Positions 9,073-19,452 of a stretch of 58,178 nucleotides of DNA are shown in pieces. The notes beneath the pieces were generated by a model. It did no database searches, was not told where the DNA came from, and was given only the letters and a program-made list of their open reading frames with translations. How positions within the stretch are numbered: position 1 is the first letter of the stretch; each line of letters begins with the position of its first letter. Source of the DNA: Deltaproteobacteria bacterium (GTDB lineage: Bacteria; Desulfobacterota; Desulfomonilia; UBA1062); assembly GCA_022703355.1 (NCBI GenBank), contig JAKLDU010000004.1, positions 1-58,178 on the forward strand, given 5' to 3'. The position numbers were made by a program, and so were the translations under genes.

Positions 9073-9639
9073 ATGGATGTCCGGTCCATCATTCTGGGCT
9101 TCCTCATGGGGCAGAGCATGACGGGCTACGAGCTCAGGAAGTTCTTCTCCCTTTCGTTTTCCTTTTTTTCCGGCCTGAGCTACGGGTCCATCTACCCGGC
9201 GCTCAGGAAGCTCGAGGCCGAGGGCCTCATCTCCATGGCCCTGCAGGTCCGGGACGCCTCGCCCAACCGGAAGGTCTACACCATCACCGAACGGGGCCGG
9301 GAGGCGTTCCTGTCGTCCATCAGGGAGCCGGTCCCCTTCGAGCACCAGCGCTACAACTTCCTCATGCACCTCTTCTTCTTTGCCCACCTGAACCCCGGGG
9401 AGCGGGTCGGGCTGGCCCGAAACCACCTGAAGTCGGTGGAGAAGGTCAGGGAGTCGCTGGAAGAGGTGGCGCCCGAGGTGGAGAAGGGCGCGGACCGGTT
9501 CCAGCTCCTGACCTTCAGGTTCGGGCTACGGTTCTTCAGCGACCTGTGCGCCAACGTGGAAGACGCCCTCAGGGCCCTGGAGGAGGATGCCGCGGCAACA
9601 AAAGGGAAGGAGGCCGCAAAGGCCCGCTCCCGTACATAA
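9073..9639 (+). CDS. PadR-family transcriptional regulator
   Basis: IILGFLMGQSMTGYELRKFF...YGSIYPALRKLEAEGLI...RKVYTITERGREAF is the PadR winged helix. ATG at 9073 follows AAGGGAGG. GTG at 9058 (GTGA overlap with the upstream stop) is the alternative start. Confidence 0.85.
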   Translation: MDVRSIILGFLMGQSMTGYELRKFFSLSFSFFSGLSYGSIYPALRKLEAEGLISMALQVRDASPNRKVYTITERGREAFLSSIREPVPFEHQRYNFLMHLFFFAHLNPGERVGLARNHLKSVEKVRESLEEVAPEVEKGADRFQLLTFRFGLRFFSDLCANVEDALRALEEDAAATKGKEAAKARSRT

Positions 9640-9656
9640 AAAAGGAGGTTTCCCCC

Positions 9657-10730
9657 ATGAAGGTGCTGGCGGTCGATTCGAGCCCGAGAAAGGTCGGGCA
9701 CAGCAAGGTGAAGCTCATGCTCGACGCCCTGGTCGAGGGTCTGCGGGATGCGGGCGCCGGGGTGGACGTGGTGCGCCTGAAGGACCGGAAGATAAAGAAC
9801 TGCATCGGGTGCATGAGCTGCTGGACCAAAACGCCGGGGGTCTGCGCCCTCAAGGACGACATGACGGCCGAGCTCTTCCCCCTGTGGCTTGAAGCCGACC
9901 TGGTGGTCCACGCCTCGCCCCTCTACCACTTCACGATCAACGCCGCCATGAAAACCTTCATCGAGCGGACCCTGCCCGTTCTCCAGCCCTTCCTCATCTC
10001 CTACGGGGGGGAGACCGTGCACCCCCTGAGGCACAAGCACCCGCACGTGGCCTTCCTGTCCGTGGCGGGGTTCCCGGAGATGTCCGTCTTCGACCAGCTT
10101 TCTTCCTGGGCCAATTTCATCTACGGCCGGGTGGGCATGCTCACCGCGGAGATTTACCGGCCCAACGCGGAGGTCCTGACAGTGCCCGCGTTCCGGCACA
10201 AGGCGGCGGAGGTCCTCGATGCCACCCGCCAGGCGGGCAGGGAGATCGTGCTCCAGGGAAAGGTCTCGCCGGGCACCATGGCCGCCGTTACCAGGGACCT
10301 GGTGGAGGATGTGAAGCTTTTCCACGAGGTGACCAACATCATGTGGAAGACCTGCCTCGAGCAGGGGCTGAGCCCGGCGGAGCTGAACGACGGGAAGATC
10401 GTGCCGGTGCCCGGAACCATCCGGGACTTCCAGAAGGTCATGCGCTTCGCGTTCAACCCCGGTGGGGCCCAAGGCCTGAAGGCCGTCGTGCAGTTCGACT
10501 TTACGGGCAGCCCCGGGGGCTCCTGCCACTTCACCATCGACGGCGGCAGAATCGAAGCATCCGACGGCCCGGCCCCGCATCCGGACGTGACGGTCGCTTC
10601 GGACTTCGGCCTGTGGATGGACATCATGGCGAAGAAGAAAGACGGAGGGCAGATGTTCCTCGAGGGGAAATACCAGGCCCGGGGTGACTTGAACCTCCTG
10701 CTGAGGATGAACGACCTCTTCGGTCAGTGA
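9657..10730 (+). CDS. Isf-like iron-sulfur flavoprotein (flavodoxin-like/NADPH-dependent FMN reductase fold) fused to a C-terminal SCP2 sterol-carrier domain
   Basis: Internal ATG (MKVLAVDSSPRK...), residue 216 of track ORF 9012..10730, preceded by AAAGGAGG. Compact CIGCMSCWTKTPGVC (Cx2Cx2Cx7C) motif. C-terminal ~100 aa (VVQFDFTGSPGGSCHFTIDGG...FLEGKYQARGDLNLLLRMNDLF) looks like SCP2. Confidence 0.75.
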   Translation: MKVLAVDSSPRKVGHSKVKLMLDALVEGLRDAGAGVDVVRLKDRKIKNCIGCMSCWTKTPGVCALKDDMTAELFPLWLEADLVVHASPLYHFTINAAMKTFIERTLPVLQPFLISYGGETVHPLRHKHPHVAFLSVAGFPEMSVFDQLSSWANFIYGRVGMLTAEIYRPNAEVLTVPAFRHKAAEVLDATRQAGREIVLQGKVSPGTMAAVTRDLVEDVKLFHEVTNIMWKTCLEQGLSPAELNDGKIVPVPGTIRDFQKVMRFAFNPGGAQGLKAVVQFDFTGSPGGSCHFTIDGGRIEASDGPAPHPDVTVASDFGLWMDIMAKKKDGGQMFLEGKYQARGDLNLLLRMNDLFGQ

Positions 10731-10911
10731 CGAACACTGACTGAAGCGGCCATGGCTCCAAGGGGGCATGATGTCCGTCCGACCTCTTCGGTCAGTGGCG
10801 GGCGCGAGGGGAAGCGGCCCTCCCCCGCCAGGGTGAAGGAGTGCTGACGCAATTGCCGGCACACCGTCACGAATCCGGACAGAATTTCCGGAAAAAGGCC
10901 CCGGACAGCCC

Positions 10912-10926
10912 TGGCACGGGAATTGA
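10912..10926 (+). promoter_or_regulatory. possible sigma54-type -24/-12 element (TGGCAC-N5-TTGA)
   Basis: TGGCACGGGAATTGA lies 32 nt upstream of the ATG at 10958. The -24 half is consensus. The -12 half has GA instead of GC. Confidence 0.25.
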
Positions 10927-10957
10927 ATATTCCTGGGAAACACGTGCGAGGAGCAGG

Positions 10958-11728
10958 ATGAAGGTACAGGTCGAAGGTTACCTCGAGCAGGTGCGGCAGA
11001 TGCTTCCCCGGTCAGGGAAAGAAGCTCCCGCATCCCCCCTCCCGTCCGGCTCCCCTTTCGCTTCCCTGCTCCAGGAGCTCGTGAAAGCCCAGGAAGCCGG
11101 CGGGGCCGACCCCGGCACCCTGGACCGGGAAACCCTCGTCAGGCTGACGGAGATGCTGTCCCTCCAGATGAGCTATGCGGCCCTGGACTCGCTGGGCAGT
11201 CCGGGGGAAGACTCGGAAGGAAGCCCTGAGGCGTCCCCCTCCCTCTTCTCGTCCCTGCCGCACCTGCCGGCGCTGGATTCGTACGATAAGGCCGAAGATT
11301 CCATCGCGGGCATCTCCCGGCCGGCCCCGACCCTGAACCGGGGGCGAAGCGATTACGAGGCCCTCATCGAGAAGGCCTCCCGCGCCTACGGGGTGGATAA
11401 GGGCCTGATCTCCTCGGTCATCCGGGCCGAGAGCGGCTTCGACCCGGGCGCCACCTCGCCCAAGGGCGCCATGGGGCTCATGCAGCTCATGCCGGACACC
11501 GCCCGCGGCCTGGGGGTGAGAAACGCCTACGACCCCGAGGAAAACATCATGGGGGGCACCCGCTTCCTGAAGAGCCTCCTCGACCGGTACGGCGGGAACG
11601 TGCCGCTCGCCCTCGCCGCCTACAACTGGGGTCCGGGCAACGTGGAGCGCAGGACCGGCTCCTACCCGGAAGAAACCCGCCTATACGTCTCCCGGATCAT
11701 GAAGTCCTACAGGCAGGACACCATCTAG
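10958..11728 (+). CDS. lytic transglycosylase (SLT domain) with a low-complexity N-terminal region
   Basis: [29 protein letters not shown]...AYNWGPGNV is the SLT catalytic-Glu region. ATG at 10958 (residue 40 of the track ORF) follows GAGGAG. Confidence 0.85.
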   Translation: MKVQVEGYLEQVRQMLPRSGKEAPASPLPSGSPFASLLQELVKAQEAGGADPGTLDRETLVRLTEMLSLQMSYAALDSLGSPGEDSEGSPEASPSLFSSLPHLPALDSYDKAEDSIAGISRPAPTLNRGRSDYEALIEKASRAYGVDKGLISSVIRAESGFDPGATSPKGAMGLMQLMPDTARGLGVRNAYDPEENIMGGTRFLKSLLDRYGGNVPLALAAYNWGPGNVERRTGSYPEETRLYVSRIMKSYRQDTI

Positions 11729-11779
11729 TCGCGCGGATCATGAAGTCCTACAGGCAGGACACCATCTGTCGCGCGGATC
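11693..11779. repeat. tandem 41/40-bp duplication spanning the stop codon of the SLT gene
   Basis: CGGATCATGAAGTCCTACAGGCAGGACACCATCT-A-GTCGCG (11693-11733) is followed by the same unit without the A (11734-11773) and the start of a third unit (CGGATC). Confidence 0.85.
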
Positions 11780-11964
11780 TCCGGCTCTCCCGCACACAGG
11801 GGATTTTCCCGCCAGGATGAACAGGGCTCTCAGCCGGCCCAGGGGCCGGATCGTCGACTCTTCCCCGCGCCGGGTATTTTTACCCGGGGCATCCTTGCCC
11901 TTCGGGCATATATTCACTAATACTATCACTGTTGACAACATTTCTTGCACAAAGGGGGACCTCT

Positions 11965-13440
<1,476 letters not shown>

Positions 13441-13528
13441 GGGTTCGGCGGGAAAATGTGCCCTCATCGGGACGACGTCCCGGGCAAGCCGGCGGAGCGG
13501 CCGATACCCGGGGAGGGATGCAAAAAGA

Positions 13529-14899
13529 CTACTCCTTAAGCTCTCCGAACTTCTCGGTCACGCGGTATATCTGCGTCCTGTTCTTCAGGGCGTTGTACCA
13601 GAGACTGTCCGGCCCATCGAAGGAGATCCGTGGCGCTTCAACGGGGAGGATGCGCTCATACCTCCTTCCCTCGGTCCCATCCAGGACGACGAACTGCCTG
13701 TCTCCGGACCCGGCCACGAAGGCGACATGTTTCCCGTCACGGCTGAATGAAAGGGACTCGGCGGAGATGCTGTTGTAGCGCCTGCTTTCCTTCCCGTCCT
13801 GAACCACGAAATAGTTGTTCTTTTCCCTCACCACCAGAAGAAGCCGGCCATTGCCGGGGTTGTAGACGGGTTTGACCGTCGAGGAGATCTCATAGGCCGC
13901 CTTCTCCACTTCATCCTCCACAAGAAAATACCTGCCCGATCTCCCGACATATGCCAGATGGTTCCCATCCGGGCTGAAGACCGGGCTGCCGGACACGATG
14001 CCGCTGTACTGCCTGCCTTCCTTTTCATCGAGCACCACGAAAGACCTGTCACCGGTCTTGTCCCTGAACTTCTCGTCGACCTGCTCGACGTTCTTCGCCG
14101 GGATGCCGGCTATGTATGCGAGGTGCCTGCTGTCCGGGCTGAAAACGAGCGACCTGGCCTTGATCTCGTCGTACCCCTTGCCCTCTTTCCCATCCAAGAC
14201 CACGCACCACTTCTTGCCCACCCTGGCAATGAAGGCGAGGTGTTTCCCGTCGGGGCTGTAGAGGGGGCTGCCTTCTCCAATGGCCGGGTAATGCTTTCCC
14301 TCCACCCCGTCGACCACGATGCAGCAGTATTTCGCGAACATCCTGTCCACGCAGGCGACATAGGCGAGATGCCTGCTGTCGGGGGTGAAGGCAAAGGAAG
14401 CGTCCCCCACGGAGTCGTACTTCGCACCCTCTTTCCCATCCACCACCGCATACCAGGAACCGCCCATGCTCGCAGCATAGGCAGAGCGCCTGCTGTCGGG
14501 GCTGATGGCAGTGCCCCGTTTACCCAGCGAATCATATCCCTTCTGCTCTGTGCCGTCGATGACCATGAACCGCTTGCCGCCCGACAGGGCGGCATAGACA
14601 TGCCACGTGCCGTCGGGGCTGAAGAAATCCTTGCCGAACCCGATGTTCTCGTACGGGCTTTCCTCCTTGCCATCCACCAGCACGCGCTTGTCCGCGCCTG
14701 ACCTGACGATGAATGCCGCCTTTTCGCCGTTCGGGCTCATCTGGAGAGAGGACATGACCCAGCGTGCAGGGTCGGCCTTCGCCACGAGCTTCTCGGTGGC
14801 CACCCTTTCCAGCTTCCCCTCATCGGCATGCACGGGATGGACGGCGCAGCAGGCCCATATGACGGCGAACCAGGGGATAAACCATCTCTTGTCAGTCAT
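13529..14899 (-). CDS. secreted beta-propeller protein with PD40/TolB-like repeats
   Basis: About nine ~42-45-aa repeats of the form SPD[GS]xHLAY...VVxDGxExxxYDxI. N-terminus MTDKRWFIPWFAVIWACCAVHPVHA is a signal peptide. ATG at 14899 (residue 26 of the track ORF). Confidence 0.7.
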   Translation of the reverse strand: MTDKRWFIPWFAVIWACCAVHPVHADEGKLERVATEKLVAKADPARWVMSSLQMSPNGEKAAFIVRSGADKRVLVDGKEESPYENIGFGKDFFSPDGTWHVYAALSGGKRFMVIDGTEQKGYDSLGKRGTAISPDSRRSAYAASMGGSWYAVVDGKEGAKYDSVGDASFAFTPDSRHLAYVACVDRMFAKYCCIVVDGVEGKHYPAIGEGSPLYSPDGKHLAFIARVGKKWCVVLDGKEGKGYDEIKARSLVFSPDSRHLAYIAGIPAKNVEQVDEKFRDKTGDRSFVVLDEKEGRQYSGIVSGSPVFSPDGNHLAYVGRSGRYFLVEDEVEKAAYEISSTVKPVYNPGNGRLLLVVREKNNYFVVQDGKESRRYNSISAESLSFSRDGKHVAFVAGSGDRQFVVLDGTEGRRYERILPVEAPRISFDGPDSLWYNALKNRTQIYRVTEKFGELKE

Positions 14900-15057
14900 T
14901 GGGGCTCCCTTTTCAGAAGATATCTCCTGCACGGGCAGGAGCCGTGGCCAGTGTATGGAAAAAACCCTTTTCATGTCCAGTGATTTATCGACCGGTGCAG
15001 GATGACGGCTTCGAGTTCGCCTCTGTGTCAGAGGCAGGAAGAAGGCGAGGGTTCCAT

Positions 15058-15657
15058 TCAGCGGGGCTTGACGTCAACCCAGCTGTTCGGCTGAACGGCC
15101 GTGCTGGAGTTCTTCAGGTAATGGCTGCGCATCTCCGGGCCGCCGTAGGGCCTGTTGACCCAGAACACGGCCTCGTCCGAGCTGTTGTAGCTCCCGAACA
15201 CGTAGTCGATGGAGTGTCTTTTCCCGAGCGGCGTTTCCAGGGAATAATACGCGTCGTTCTTCGCGTAGGCGCTGACGACGGGGTCGTCTTTGCCGTAGGC
15301 GCGGTCGGACTCGATCTCTTCGGTGCTGATGTAGCCTTCCCTGTACTTCCGGGCCCCCGCGGAGAAAGCGAGCCGGCTCTGCAGGAGATCCCCGCCGTGC
15401 TCACCCTGGAGTCCTCCGTCCCCGAACAGGATCTCCCGGCTCATCTCCCACATGTCCCTCAGGAGCATCTTGCCGATGCCCTTGTTTCCTTCGCCCCGCT
15501 CCGGGAGGCGGATGACGAGCCGGGCTGAAGGCAGGGGGGTCACGCTCAGGCTGTCGGGCCCGCTCACCGTGGAGAGCGCGTGGTCCTCCATGGGCTTCAA
15601 GGCCCACGCCGGCAGGGAAATCAGAAAAAGGGCAAGGATAAACGCAACGCTTTTCAA
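15058..15657 (-). CDS. secreted protein of unknown function
   Basis: Coding-like ORF. TTG at 15657 gives (M)KSVAFILALFLISLPAWA-L, a canonical signal peptide, and is preceded by AGAGGGG at 6 nt. ATG 15687 and GTG 15705 are alternatives without an SD. I recognise no family motif. Confidence 0.5.
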   Translation of the reverse strand: MKSVAFILALFLISLPAWALKPMEDHALSTVSGPDSLSVTPLPSARLVIRLPERGEGNKGIGKMLLRDMWEMSREILFGDGGLQGEHGGDLLQSRLAFSAGARKYREGYISTEEIESDRAYGKDDPVVSAYAKNDAYYSLETPLGKRHSIDYVFGSYNSSDEAVFWVNRPYGGPEMRSHYLKNSSTAVQPNSWVDVKPR

Positions 15658-16024
15658 AAGAACCCCTCTATCTGTATGCTTTTGCATACATAATGAACAA
15701 TCCACCGCAGGTTTATACGAAGCAAATCATATGCCACTGGCGGCCCGGAGTGGTTTCAGCCAGTTATCATGTCCGTACCCCGGGAAGAGGCAGGAAAAAG
15801 GAAATCATATTCAATTGTAATAGAAACTATTTTCTCATGCTGCCGCCCCGGTCAAGGAAATGCGGGGCGCCCGCCGCCCGGGGAAACCCCAATGGGCATT
15901 GATTTATTCCCCGTTTCCCGGTATTTTGAAACGCGCAGAAGGGCAGGCCCCCGGCGTAAAGAATCGCGGTCGGGGAAGGGGCCCTTCCCCAGAAACGGAA
16001 ATCACAGCGGGAAAGGACAGTCAC

Positions 16025-17140
16025 ATGGCAAGAGCGGCATTTATCGGCTGGCGGGGCATGGTCGGCTCGGTCCTCATGGACCGGATGACCTCGGAGAAGG
16101 ACTTTGCAGGATTCGAGCCCGCTTTCTTCACCACCTCGCAGGTGGGGCAGAAGGGCCCCCGGATCGGGCTCGACACGCCTCCCCTCAAGGATGCGTACGA
16201 CGTCAAGGAGCTCAAGGCCGCCGACATCATCGTGACCTGCCAGGGCAGCGACCACACGAAGAAGGTCTACCCGAAGCTGAGGAAAGCCGGCTGGAAAGGG
16301 TACTGGATCGACGCCTCGTCGGCCATGCGCATGAACGGCGACAGCGTCATCGTGCTCGACCCGGTGAACCGCACGGTCATCGACAAGGCCCTCAAGAAGG
16401 GCGTGAAGGATTTCATCGGCGGCAACTGCACGGTGAGCCTCATGCTCATGGGCCTGGGAGGCCTGTTCCACGCGGGCCTCGTGGAGTGGGTCACCTCCAT
16501 GACCTACCAGGCGGCCTCGGGGGCCGGCGCGAAAAACATGCGGGAGCTCATCGAACAGATGGCCTTCATCTCCAAATCCTCGAAGAAGCTCCTGGACAAC
16601 CCCGCGTCAGCGGCCCTGGACCTGGACAGGAAGGTCCTTTCCGCCATGCACGACGATTCCTTCCCCCGCGCCAATTTCGGCTTCCCGCTCGCGGGCAATG
16701 TCCTCCCCTGGATCGATACCGCCATGGAAAACGGCCAGAGCAGGGAGGAGTGGAAGGGGCAGGCGGAGACCAACAAGATCCTGGGCACGAAGAAGCCCAT
16801 CCCGGTGGACGGCCTGTGCGTGCGGGTTGGCGCCATGCGCTGCCACTCCCAGGCGCTCACCTTCAGGCTGAAGAAGGACGTCCCCCTCGACGAGGTCACC
16901 GGCATCATCCGGGAGGCCAACGACTGGGTGCGGGTGATCGAGAACACCAAAGAGAAAACCCTCGAGAAGCTCACCCCCGCGGCGGTGACGGGCAGGCTCG
17001 GGGTGCCGGTGGGCAGGATCAGAAAGCTCAACCTGGGGCCCAGGTACCTCACCTGCTACACCGTGGGCGACCAGCTCCTCTGGGGTGCGGCGGAGCCCAT
17101 CCGGAGGATATTCAGGATCGTGCTCGACCATATCTCGTAA
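16025..17140 (+). CDS. asd: aspartate-semialdehyde dehydrogenase
   Basis: [21 protein letters not shown]...[17 protein letters not shown]...YQAASGAG matches E. coli-type Asd. ATG at 16025 (residue 56 of the track ORF). Confidence 0.92.
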   Translation: MARAAFIGWRGMVGSVLMDRMTSEKDFAGFEPAFFTTSQVGQKGPRIGLDTPPLKDAYDVKELKAADIIVTCQGSDHTKKVYPKLRKAGWKGYWIDASSAMRMNGDSVIVLDPVNRTVIDKALKKGVKDFIGGNCTVSLMLMGLGGLFHAGLVEWVTSMTYQAASGAGAKNMRELIEQMAFISKSSKKLLDNPASAALDLDRKVLSAMHDDSFPRANFGFPLAGNVLPWIDTAMENGQSREEWKGQAETNKILGTKKPIPVDGLCVRVGAMRCHSQALTFRLKKDVPLDEVTGIIREANDWVRVIENTKEKTLEKLTPAAVTGRLGVPVGRIRKLNLGPRYLTCYTVGDQLLWGAAEPIRRIFRIVLDHIS

Positions 17141-17160
17141 GACCTGCAGGGGATAAAAAA

Positions 17161-17191
17161 GCGGGTGCCCCCTGAAGAAAAGGGCACCCGC
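17161..17191. terminator. GC-rich hairpin in the convergent spacer between asd and traB/gumN
   Basis: GCGGGTGCCC (17161-70), 11-nt loop, GGGCACCCGC (17182-91), 21 nt after the asd stop. An A6 run precedes it on the plus strand, so the U-tract is on the minus-strand transcript. It may act bidirectionally. Confidence 0.5.
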
Positions 17192-17476
17192 GGGTCTCCC
17201 TGGTCGACCCTCTCCTATGTTCTCTCCTGATTGACTTCCGCGGGACCTCTGGGGCGTGATCCGAAGCGGCCGCCCGCCCCGTCGGGGTGCGGCCGGGTGC
17301 GCGTTTCGTCACGCACGGGCGCTCCCCTGATCACCCTTCCATCCAGGCCCCTGTGCTCGTTCTCGTCCATTCAATAGCAAGCCAGGGTTTACCCCCACTC
17401 TATCGGAGTTTTCCCTGGCACTGTTGAGTATCGAGGCCTTTCGAACGTGGCTGCAGGCAAAAACCGCAAACCTTCC

Positions 17477-18355
17477 CTATTGCTGGACGGGGCGGTACCC
17501 TTTCCCCTGAAGCAGGGAGATGACCCCCTCCCGGCCCACCAGGTGGCCCGCGCCCACCACCACGAGGGAATCCCCCTCCCGGCCCATGAGCTCTTCGATC
17601 TTCGAGATCCAGCGGACGTTCCTCTGCGTGAAGAGGGCATCCCTCACCATCGGGTACTCCCTGAGGCTCACGGACGTGATGCCCTCGAGCTTCGCTGCGT
17701 CGCCGCGTCTCCAGGCCCTGCGGAGCTCCTCGGACCTCAGGCCGATGACCTCGAGCTCCCGCAGGGACTGCCTCAGCAGGTCCTCCTGCCTGTCGGAAAG
17801 GGTTTTCGAGAGGAGCTGTATCTGGGCAAGGGCGGTCTCGAGGAAAAGCGTCTCTTTGCCGTCCCTCCGGGCCAGGGCGTAGAAATGGGCGTCGATGCCC
17901 CACTTCGGGTCGAATCCCAGGCGGGCGAGCTCGACGCCGCTCAATGACACGGCGCAGAGCCACGGCTTGTACCTTTCGAACCGCGATTCGGGAAGCCCCG
18001 CGGAGGCGAGCTTCTGTTGGAGGAGCCCATAGGTCTTGGCCGAGACATGGTCCTTGAGCAAGGTCCCCTCCCGGTAGGTGCCCTGGTCGAGCAGCGCCTT
18101 GTGCACCTCGGGCCGCGTCATCTCCCGCATGTCGGCCTCGAACATCACCCGTTTGCTCCGGCCGTAAGCGTCGGTGATGCGCCTGTCCAGGGGGTAGGAA
18201 TCGGGTTTGAGCACGTGGACTGAGCCGAGGAGGTGCACGGTTCCCCCCTTTCCCGTCACCGACCAGAGAAAGACGGGGGTTTCCTGTGCCGCACCCGCCG
18301 GGCAGGAAGACAGGAGGAGCACGAGGGAAAGTACCGCGGCGGGCAGCTTCTTCAC
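17477..18355 (-). CDS. TraB/GumN-family protein, lipoprotein-type signal
   Basis: GTG at 18355 (residue 290 of track ORF 17477..19222) gives VKKLPAAVLSLVLLLSSC. The body reads FLWSVTGKGGTVHLLGSVHVL...VVVGAGHLVGREGVISLL, typical of TraB/GumN. Confidence 0.75.
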   Translation of the reverse strand: MKKLPAAVLSLVLLLSSCPAGAAQETPVFLWSVTGKGGTVHLLGSVHVLKPDSYPLDRRITDAYGRSKRVMFEADMREMTRPEVHKALLDQGTYREGTLLKDHVSAKTYGLLQQKLASAGLPESRFERYKPWLCAVSLSGVELARLGFDPKWGIDAHFYALARRDGKETLFLETALAQIQLLSKTLSDRQEDLLRQSLRELEVIGLRSEELRRAWRRGDAAKLEGITSVSLREYPMVRDALFTQRNVRWISKIEELMGREGDSLVVVGAGHLVGREGVISLLQGKGYRPVQQ

Positions 18356-19290
18356 GGGGAGATCATGATCACGGGGTCGGTCTGCCTGCCCTGCACCACC
18401 CGCATGCCTGCGGGAACGTCGCTGGTGAGCCAGAGGTTGCCGCCGATGACCGCGTTTTTGCCGATGCGGACCCGCCCGAGGATGGTGGTCCCGGAGTAGA
18501 TGATCACGTTGTCCTCCACGATGGGGTGCCGCGGGATGCCCTTCACGAGCTTGCCCTCCCCGTCCTTGGGGAAGCTCACCGCCCCGAGGGTGACGCCCTG
18601 GTAGAGCCGCACGCTCCTGCCGATCTCGCAGGTCTCGCCGATGACCGTCCCGGTCCCGTGGTCGATGAAGAAACGCTCGCCTATCCGGGCGCCCGGGTGG
18701 ATGTCGATGCCGGTCTGGGAGTGGGCCATCTCGGCGATGATCCTCGGGATCATCTCCACCCCCAGGGCGTGGAGCTCGTGCGCAATGCGGTAGTTCGTCA
18801 CGGCCTTGATGCTGGGATAGCAGAAGATGGCCTCCCCGGTGCTCTTCGCCGCGGGGTCGCCCTCGTAGGCCGCGACGACATCGGTTGCCAGGAGCCTTCT
18901 GATCCTGGGGATGGCGGCAATGAACTTCCGGGACAGGTTCCGGGCGCGCTCCTCGCACTCGAGGGTGGCCCGCCAGTACTCCTTGTCCCCGGAGAAACCG
19001 ATCCCCCGCTTGATCTGCTCGGTGAGGAGGCGGTCCACCTTCTCGATGTGGGCGCCGAGGATATAGGGCATCGACTCGAGGGACATCTCGGAGTCGCTGA
19101 AGTACGCGGGGAAAAGAACGCTCCTCAGCCGCTCCACGATCTCGGTGAGGGCGTCGAGGGAGGGCATGACCTTCTCCTCGGTGGGCCGGTGATAAACGAG
19201 CTCGTAGGAATCGGACCTGCACAGCTCGTCGACGACCTTGTGGATGGTCCTGTCGGTGCGGCTCACGGCGTTTTCCCTGTCATCCTTCAT
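18352..19290 (-). CDS. cysE: serine O-acetyltransferase (long form)
   Basis: Hexapeptide-repeat region GIDIHPGARIGERFFIDHGTGTVIGETCEIG...VTLG, with a SATase-type N-terminal helical domain. Confidence 0.85.
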   Translation of the reverse strand: MKDDRENAVSRTDRTIHKVVDELCRSDSYELVYHRPTEEKVMPSLDALTEIVERLRSVLFPAYFSDSEMSLESMPYILGAHIEKVDRLLTEQIKRGIGFSGDKEYWRATLECEERARNLSRKFIAAIPRIRRLLATDVVAAYEGDPAAKSTGEAIFCYPSIKAVTNYRIAHELHALGVEMIPRIIAEMAHSQTGIDIHPGARIGERFFIDHGTGTVIGETCEIGRSVRLYQGVTLGAVSFPKDGEGKLVKGIPRHPIVEDNVIIYSGTTILGRVRIGKNAVIGGNLWLTSDVPAGMRVVQGRQTDPVIMISP

Positions 19291-19452
19291 GGACAGCCCG
19301 CCTCAAAGCACCCGTTCCCGGGGAAAACAGCCCCATCGGCCCACCAGGCCGCTCCCTCCCACGGACCGCATACGGGGGAACGGGCTCCCTGAAACCCGAC
19401 CGACGGATCCCCCGGACGAAGCGCCGGGAAGGAGAAGAACCTGCCTCCCGGA

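Noticed and set aside
17192-17476. 285-nt GC-rich convergent spacer between asd and traB/gumN with a second imperfect hairpin (about 17266-17298), considered as a possible small RNA.
   Set aside because: I could see no promoter-like element, no U-tract and no conserved motif. There is not enough evidence to call a feature.
18356-19222. Upstream 289 codons of track ORF 17477..19222.
   Set aside because: It is the shadow frame of cysE and Arg/His-rich. The TraB/GumN signal peptide begins at GTG 18355.
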